Of a stretch of DNA of 64,000 nucleotides, positions 55,903-64,000 are shown one piece after another (position 1 is the first letter of the stretch; each line of letters opens with the position of its first letter). The DNA is taken from contig CM022677.1 in NCBI GenBank assembly GCA_012295275.1, forward strand, positions 23,312,001 to 23,376,000, written 5' to 3'. The notes beneath the pieces were generated by a model. That model was not told the DNA's origin. It saw nothing but the letters and a program-made list of their open reading frames with translations, and made no database searches. This DNA comes from Chrysomallon squamiferum (lineage: Eukaryota; Animalia; Mollusca). The translations under genes and the position numbers were made by a program.

Positions 55903-56186
55903 GTAAGAAAGTAAATTTAATAAATTTTAAAATTGTGTCTGCATTGAATCCTTTTATTAACAGTACTTAATGTTATGTTTTATTTCAGTAATTACACACA
56001 TGCAGTCTACTCACTGACTCTATCTCTGGATCGCATATGCATTTAAAAAAGTAATTTTATATTACGAAAGTCAGCATAGTGAAGTAAGGATTTCTTAGTA
56101 TGAGAAAATGTATGGCTCTAGTTAGATTACTGCAGAGATAATGAAAATGATTTTTTTGATTAATTTTTATCCAACATTAAATTCAG

Positions 56187-56378
56187 TTGATGGAGATTGG
56201 AGTTCTTGGATACAAACTGAGGGCGAATGTTCAGTGACATGTGGACTTGGTTATAAAAACATGGAAAGGGTAAAAAAATGTAATAACCCAGCTCCACAAA
56301 ATGGAGGAAAACCTTGTCCACCAGCAAAAGGAGTCTATGTTGGATGGGCTATCCAATGCAGGGAAGGGCCGTGTCCAA
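56187..56378 (+). CDS. TSP1 exon C1
   Basis: tcag|DGDWSSW..CSVTCGLG..CNNPAPQNGGKPC..PCP|gtaaga, 192 nt. Confidence 0.85.
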
Positions 56379-56969
56379 GTAAGAAATAAATACATTTGTA
56401 AACATTTGTGACGTTTTTATGTCTGCTTTGGTGATGAATATAGTGCTATCTAAATTACTGTTTTAGATAGCACTATATTCATCACCAATTACTGTCTTGC
56501 ATTTAATTAATTTGATGGAGGTTGGAGTTCCTGGACCAGAGATGAAAAAACATGTTCAGTGACATATGGGCCTGGTACACGTATTGTTGTAAAAACAAGG
56601 CAGTGTAATAACACAGGAGGAAGAGATTGTGTAGGCAGTACAACACAAAATATTACAGAGTCATGTGAGACAGTTGCATGTCCTAGTAAGAAAGTAAATT
56701 TAATAAATTTTAAAATTGTATCTGCATTGAATCCTTTTATTAACAGTACTTAATGTTATGTTTTATTTCAGTAATTACACACATGCAGTCTACTCACTGA
56801 CTCTATCTCTAGATCGCATATGCATTTAAAAAAAGTAATTTTATATTATGAAAGTCAGGACTGAAGTAAGGATTTCTTAGTATGAGAAAATGTATGGCTC
56901 TACTTAGATTACTGCAGAGATAATGAAAATGATTTTTTTTGATTAATTTTTATCCAACATTAAATTCAG

Positions 56970-57161
56970 TTGATGGAGATTGGAGTTCTTGGATACAAAC
57001 TGAGGGTGAATGTTCAGTGACATGTGGACTTGGTTATAAAAACATGGAAAGGGTAAAAAAATGTAATAACCCAGCTCCACAAAATGGAGGAAAACCTTGT
57101 CCACCAGCAAAAGGAGTCTATGTTGGATGGGTTATCCAATGCAGGGAAGGGCCGTGTCCAA
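56970..57161 (+). CDS. TSP1 exon C2
   Basis: Near-identical to C1 (A>V), intact splice sites. Confidence 0.8.
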
Positions 57162-58127
57162 GTAAGAAATAAATACATTTGTAAACATTTGTGACGTTTT
57201 TATGTCTGCTTTGGTGATGAATATAGTGCTATCTAAATTACTGTTTTAGATAGCACTATATTCATCACCAATTACTGTCTTGCATTTAATTAATTTGATG
57301 GAGGTTGGAGTTCCTGGACCAGAGATGAAAAAACATGTTCAGTGACATGTGGGCCTGGTACACGTATTGTTGTAAAAACAAGGCAGTGTAATAACACAGG
57401 AGGAAGAGATTGTGAAGGCAGTACAATACAAAATATTACAGAGTCATGTGAGACAGTTGCATGTCATAGTAAGAAAGTAAATTTAATAAATTTTAAAATT
57501 GTGTCTGCATTGAATAATTTTATTAACAGTACTTAATGTTATGTTTTATTTCAGTAATTACACACATGCAGTCTACTCACTGATTCTATCTCTGGATCGC
57601 ATATGCATTTAAAAAAGTAATTTTATATTACGAAAGTCAGCATAGTGAAGTAAGGATTTCTTAGTATGAGAAAATGTATGGCTCTAGTTAGATTACTGCA
57701 GAGATAATGAAAATGATCTTTTTGATTAATTATTATCCAACATTAAATTAAGTTGATGGAGGATGGAGTTCTTGGATACAAAGTGATGGCCAATGTTCAA
57801 AGACGTGTGGTGTTGGTAGTAAAACCGTGGAACTCGTCAAGAAATGTAATAACCCACCACCACAAAATGGAGGAAAACCTTGCCCATCAACAGGAGGAGA
57901 CTATGTTGCATATAGTATACCCTGCAATGAAGGCCCATGTCCTAATAAGAAATCAATAGATTTTGTAAACATTTGTGATGTTGATGTCTCTGCTTTGGTT
58001 ATGAGTATATATATATAAAGTAATATAAGTGGCATTTGAACTGAGGACAGAAACAAATTGTTGGCTAATACTGTATTAAACATAACAGTCTTATGGAAAG
58101 AGATAATTAAAAAATATATAATAATAA

Positions 58128-58160
<33 letters not shown>

Positions 58161-58181
58161 ATTGTCTTGCATTTAATTAAG

Positions 58182-58367
58182 CTGATGGAAGTTGGAGTTC
58201 CTGGACGAGAAGTGAGGGATCATGTTCAGTGACTTGTGGGCCTGGTATACGACAGATAACACAGACAAGGCAATGTAACGATCCAGCACCAGAAAATGGA
58301 GGAGAAAACTGTGAAGGTTTAAATACAACGTCAACCACAGAGGCATGTGAATCTGTCCCATGTGCTA
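58182..58367 (+). CDS. TSP1 exon D
   Basis: taag|DGSWSSW..CSVTCGPG..CNDPAPENGGENC..PCA|gtaaga, 186 nt. Confidence 0.85.
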
Positions 58368-58883
58368 GTAAGAATTTAACACATTTAATAAACCTTTGTG
58401 ATGTTGTGTCTATGCTTTAAGATATAGATGCCATTAGAGATATAGGTTAAAAAAGAATAAAAAGTATATTAAGAAATAGAAATCAATGTCAGTTAAAAAA
58501 ATTATAGATAATGGTATTTGCATCTACAGCGGAGAAATAAAATAAAAAGCAAAATCCTAAACAGACTCTCGTACAGCAAAAATTGCAGGGTGATAAAAAA
58601 AATAATAATAAAGAAAAATTTAAAAAAAATTGATAGAGATAAATATCTATGCATCCACTTGATAATGACAACAGAAAAACAAAATGGCAATGTACAATAA
58701 TAATATTATTTGTTAGCTTTTTATATTAAGATATCTCCAGGTGTTTGTAAACATTAATTTATATAGTTTTTGCAATTCAGATTAACTAATTATAAATAAA
58801 TCATCATGAAAAAAGGAAAAGTAATAATCTTCAGTAATTTCAAAAATAGAATATTACAGCGAATGTATAATTACCTTTTTAAG

Positions 58884-59075
58884 TTGATGGTGGATGGTCA
58901 TCTTGGGAAGAAGGTCCCTCTGAATGTAGTAATACTTGTGGAAATGGTACTTATCGCAAAGTTTATACAAGGCAGTGTACAAATCCTGAACCACAACATG
59001 GAGGAAAGGATTGTCCTGGAGAATCTACGAGACAAACTAACCAGTCTTCTAGCTGCTGGGAACGACACTGTCCAG
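58884..59075 (+). CDS. TSP1 exon E
   Basis: taag|DGGWSSWEE..CSNTCGNG..CTNPEPQHGGKDCPG..CWERHCP|gtgata, 192 nt. Confidence 0.85.
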
Positions 59076-62000
59076 GTGATATACTCACAATATTTCATGT
59101 CATCGTTACCTAACATTTGTTGTTAATATAAAAGCACTATTAACTCAAGCTTGTTAATATTTTAATTAACAAATTTTTGGACTACATTATATTTATAATG
59201 GAACCTTCCTAGCTTTCAATGACGTAAATTGGTCTATAAATGTGATCAAAGTCAGTTTCACATTTTTCCGTTTCTTCTCTTTATACACAACAGAAAACAA
59301 AAAGAAAAGAAGATGCTTCAGTGAATTAAATTTGCTCAATAAATAAACTTTGACTGATAATTCAGCTATCGTGTGTTTATGTGCTAGAAGTAATGTTGAG
59401 ACAGAATATATATTTCAAATAGTTATAATTATACGTTTGAATAGATTACATGAAATCAGATATTTAGTATTCTGATTTAGTGCACTTTTAGTGTTATTTG
59501 TAAAGCTGAATTGACTCAATGTAAGTTTTATTGACTAACTGACAATCAGTTGTTTTCCTTTTAAAATGCAGTTACATCAGTATTCAAATAACAAAATAAA
59601 AATAATAAAGGAGAAATAAATACTGTGTTTGTGTGTGAATGTACAGATAAATATAAATTAATAAAAGAAAAAATAACTAATGTGTGTGTGTGTGTGTTTG
59701 TTTGTGAATGTACAGATATATAGATCTAATTAGATAAACAGTAGAAAATGACTGAATCTTTTAGCGTGCAAAACTACAAAAATGTCACCAACAGATATTG
59801 TTCAGGTTTTTGTTTATGTTAGTTGTTGTTGCATTAATTATGGTTTAAAATGTTATATTAAATGTTATGATTATAAAACAACATTATTTTTTACTAGAAA
59901 CATTTTAATGAATTTATACAATTTGTTTTGCACTAAAGATACACAAAGAACCCTGTACTGGTGGATAGTTTAATTCCATTATTAAAACAGATATTACATA
60001 GTATTCTTAATTTTCAACTGTACATATAAATTAAGCAACAAAGAGTAAAAATTCACATTTATTTTGTTAATCAAGATTTTTTTTGTAGTTTTCATTGATG
60101 ATATAATTAAATATCATGTACTAACTCCTACAAATAGTTCGTCTTGAAAATATAGACCATTTACCATATCATTCATAGGTTAATCTTCACTGATGTGACA
60201 GTTATTAAAGTATGAATTGAGGAAAAGTAATTTTGAAGATGTCTTTGTTGACTTTTCTGTTAACTGTTGTTGTGCCCATGGCAAGTGTTTCATTCCTTTG
60301 GAGTAATTTTCTTTTTGTTCAGATTCTTAAAACTGAAGCAAAATTACCACCCTCTCTGACTGATTTTAACAGATGTGGAAACTTCTTGATAATACATTAG
60401 GAATCTTTGACATGCTGTTTGGCAAGACCAGGTTTGACGTGCAGTTGAGGCATAAGGATTTCCGGTGATTTTACCAAAATAACTGGAATAATTTGTTCTC
60501 TTTAAGGCCAGTGTCATATGCATCAGTGTTGAGGTATAACACGATTGTATAACATGTATAGAAATCAAGAATGTTTTGAATAGCCTCTTTGGAGTCTTTT
60601 TAAGAAGCTAATTATTTTGAAATGGCCGCATACCTGGTAGTTTCACCTAATATAGCCTCTAATTTACAAACGAATTTTACATTTTCATCATTTTCATTTA
60701 TATGCAGAGAGTGTCCAATTTGTATTTAAATCGTCTAGAAGGTCACATTTTGAGACTTTGAGAAGAACTGTCTATAAAGAAATCACAGTATCCAGTTTTG
60801 CAACAAGTTATCGGTATCATTAAAGAAATAAACATCATCTGGAGCAGAACATATTTTCAGAACTTTTCATGTTTTTCTCAAGCAGCTGTATTTCGACACC
60901 TGTTGCCTGTCAGCCTCGTGAGCCCTAGATCTGGAATTAAATCTTCCAATTCATGCTGGTTTGGAAAGTGTGTTGCTTCTTTTCTTCATAAGTATGATTT
61001 AGATTCAGATTCATAATTTTCAAATTTTCCTTATTTAGCAGCTGGTCTCGGCACAAACTGTATGAAACTGAAGAAATGTATGATAACAGAATGTGTCATA
61101 CTATGTCAATTTTTTTATTTTTTATTTTTTTTATTTTTGAATATCCACCATGCAAGAGTAGCATCTTTCGCATGCTTCTGTGGTGCTCTCGTTATTCAGC
61201 TTCTAGCAAACGGTATTGCCAGCAAATCAACTCGCATCCATTCTTCCAAACCGCAAAACTTCATGTATTTGTGTTGAACCCCAAAGTATAATTCATGAGC
61301 TTCTGAAAATTTCAAAGATATTTTGATTTCATATGTTACCGCCTTAGCACAATATAGAATCCACAAAGATAAGTAAATGAATGCACACAATTTATTTATT
61401 TTATTTTAAAATATCAACGCATACATACATATATACAAACAGACAAACATACACCAACAAACACGTATTTTCCACCCATATAACTGATTTGAAAATATTT
61501 AAAATACTTACACGTACTAAAAATTAAATTGATTTATGCAGTGAATGGAGGCTGGAATTCTTGGACGAAAACCTATTCACCTTGTATGTTGACGTGTGGA
61601 CCTCCAAGAAGTGCATACAACACCAGTATCAAAGTACGACAGTGCACTAGACCACCACCAAAGTATGGAGGGCATTTTGTATCGGTATTAGTGCTGAAAC
61701 AAGAAGGAATTTATGTGATGTTCCTCTCTGTCCTGGTAATTATACTGTTTTTGTTATCAACGTGTATTTAATTACTGTAAGTGTGTAGTTTATAATCTGA
61801 GCAACATTTTTATCAAGATCGATCACAATTCTGATTAATGATAGTATTTACTATTCTGCTAACTGTACGAGTAAACATATTAGCTAATTTCTCATTTGAT
61901 GTGCTCTTATTGTCGGTTATCAGTTGAAAATTGCTATCTATTCCCGGCTTGGAACAGAAACACTTTTGTTCAAAGCAACATGCAATGTATACCACAATAA

Positions 62001-63316
62001 AGAACAACATTATTTTTGAATAATCGTGACGTAACTTTGGTACGTTTCGGAAAATAGACATAGTTTCGTTTCTACATTATCGTAGTTCCCCATTCCCACA
62101 AAAAGGCTTAAAATTAGTCTCATCTGAAGGTGAACGATTTCCTTTCAAAACTATGTTTTTGTTTCTTAAAATTGAGCAAAATTACGGAACCTTAGAAAAC
62201 AAGAATTTTTTTAACTGTAAATAATCTATGTTGTTTGCAAAAAAATCCCTAATCAAATATAATTTGTGAAAAGAGGAATTTCTGCGCTTTCTAATGAACA
62301 CGGAAATTATTCTTATTGTATAACGGCGAAAACCCGACGCGCGTTAAAACACGGTCACTCGTTGTCCAGAAAAGAACTTCGACATCGATCTACGTTCAAG
62401 ATAAGCAAATAGACTTTAATGGGTTGTGCAGGAAAATATGAGCGATGAACATGTATCTAGAGATTTACGTTTTTGGGGTAAAAATACGTACGGTTTGCAA
62501 AGATTAGCCATAAAATCCCCATAATAGAGCTATTTCTGGGAGAACCAGTAATATCCATGAAATGTACGTTTGAACTTTCTTTTGTCAGAGGATACTCGGG
62601 CTAGAGGAAAAGTCCAAAATGACTGGTGCCGACATTAGCAGGTAATCACGATATAAAAGTATGCACACTATGATTTGTCAGTTGTGTTTTGATCTTGTAC
62701 TTTTCAGTAACTTTCCGACTCACAATCCGGACACATCTAGCTTTTGTTGCTATACGTAATAATATGTCCAAATATATTTCTTGACTTTCTTTTTATAACT
62801 TGGATCGTTTGAATTAAAATCAAATTATATGTGTCCGTAACTAACACTGAAAGTGAAGCAAAAAGCAAGACTATAGGCTCAGTTTAATTACTGACCGAAG
62901 CTAACTTCCTTGACCTACCTTGTGGCGAGTTCGTTGGAAATTCCCCAAGTTCAGAAGCTAACCTATACAAAAATATTTTAAAATTTAAAGGATATTTTTT
63001 TATTCCTAAACAAAATAAAACACAAGTATGTAAGACAGTCATTGTTTATATGACAATGATTTCATCAGCAAAAAGCGGATGAAACTTATGAAGTAAGGGT
63101 ATTGTTTTCGCTGTCATGTTTTTCAAATGCGAACGACAAATTCTCTGAATCACGATAAAACAAACAACACACAGTTTAAGAGCATATCTTCATTATTATT
63201 TCTATGCAGTTCAAAATGTTACAGGTTTCTTGTAAGCCGAGACAAAGAGGTTAAAAACAACCTTTTTACATTTATTGGCTGAAACATAACTTAAATCATA
63301 GCTGCCTTCAGTCTCA

Positions 63317-63318
<2 letters not shown>

Positions 63319-63385
<67 letters not shown>

Positions 63386-63468
63386 AAATATAAAGTATAG
63401 AACATAATGTATTAACTAACTTAATACACAAAAACACCAACAAGAACACCACCACCACCAACAACAAT

Positions 63469-63500
<32 letters not shown>

Positions 63501-63513
63501 CTACAACAACAAC

Positions 63514-63573
<60 letters not shown>
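63319..63573. repeat. (CA)n, (AAC)n and (AAT)n microsatellite cluster
   Basis: Direct reading. Confidence 0.95.
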
Positions 63574-63576
<3 letters not shown>

Positions 63577-64000
63577 GTTAAATTGAAAGCAAAAAATGCC
63601 GTGTATAACAGAACATTAGACTTAGTAATTATCGTTTTAAGTCGATGGTGGATGGGCATCTTGGGAAACTGATCAAACGATGTGTGCGGTTTCGTGTGGA
63701 AATGGTAGTGAACACACGATTTATGAAAGGCAATGTACAAATCCAGAACCACAACACGGAGGAAACGATTTTGTAGGACAAGCATCGAAGACTAGTGTCT
63801 CTGGTAGCTGCTGGGAAAGATACTGTCCAGGGAAAGAAATCGCGCTGTTTACCTTGTCATTAAAATCACTGTTAATTAATTAATTTTGAGAGACATTTAT
63901 CTGCGTAAGGGAAATATATTTCATATTTTAAAGAAATGTTTAAAGACATAAAGGAAAAAGCATTACATCGAAGGAAGTTCAGAGTACTGTGTAATTATAT

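Larger units (their letters stand above)
55730..58000 (+). repeat. Three tandem 783-bp units, each with two TSP1 exons
   Basis: Exon ends at 55902/56685/57468 and 56378/57161/57944 are exactly 783 bp apart. Confidence 0.95.
53873..63830 (+). pseudogene. Multi-TSP1-domain gene (hemicentin/SCO-spondin-like repeats), 11 TSP1 exons, partly decayed; probably continues beyond the window
   Basis: Exons 53873-54046, 55732-55902, 56187-56378, 56515-56685, 56970-57161, 57298-57468, 57753-57944, 58182-58367, 58884-59075, 61542-61735, 63642-63830, each DGxWSxW...CSxTCG..G...RxC..P.P..GG..C; five carry splice or frame lesions. Confidence 0.7.

Overview
AT-rich, intron-containing animal genomic DNA, not prokaryotic; the gene families and repeats suggest a mollusc or other lophotrochozoan (inference). 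Three blocks: (1) ~0.7-22.0 kb is a head-to-tail segmental duplication (~11.4 kb + ~10 kb). Each copy holds an intact 3-coding-exon gene (~1277 aa) for an NLR-like STAND (nSTAND3-type) NTPase with ~21 ankyrin repeats, and a decayed FLYWCH/MULE transposon in intron 2. Differences between the paralogues are enriched at ankyrin ligand-binding positions. (2) 23.4-38.8 kb is a type I membrane-protein gene that the ORF track misses (~490 aa: signal peptide, 4 Ca-binding EGF, 2 TSP1, TM, short tail). Its linkers are built from ~18 symmetric phase-1 micro-exons of 18-36 nt. (3) 42-64 kb contains a decayed partial copy and a main array of 11 TSP1 exons, including a 3x 783-bp tandem amplification with 27-bp perfect hairpins and several splice/frame lesions. 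Also present: an inverted orphan EGF exon, mariner/MITE/Kolobok-like remnants, and many mini- and microsatellites. All exon models were read by eye from splice consensus and phase, without transcript evidence.
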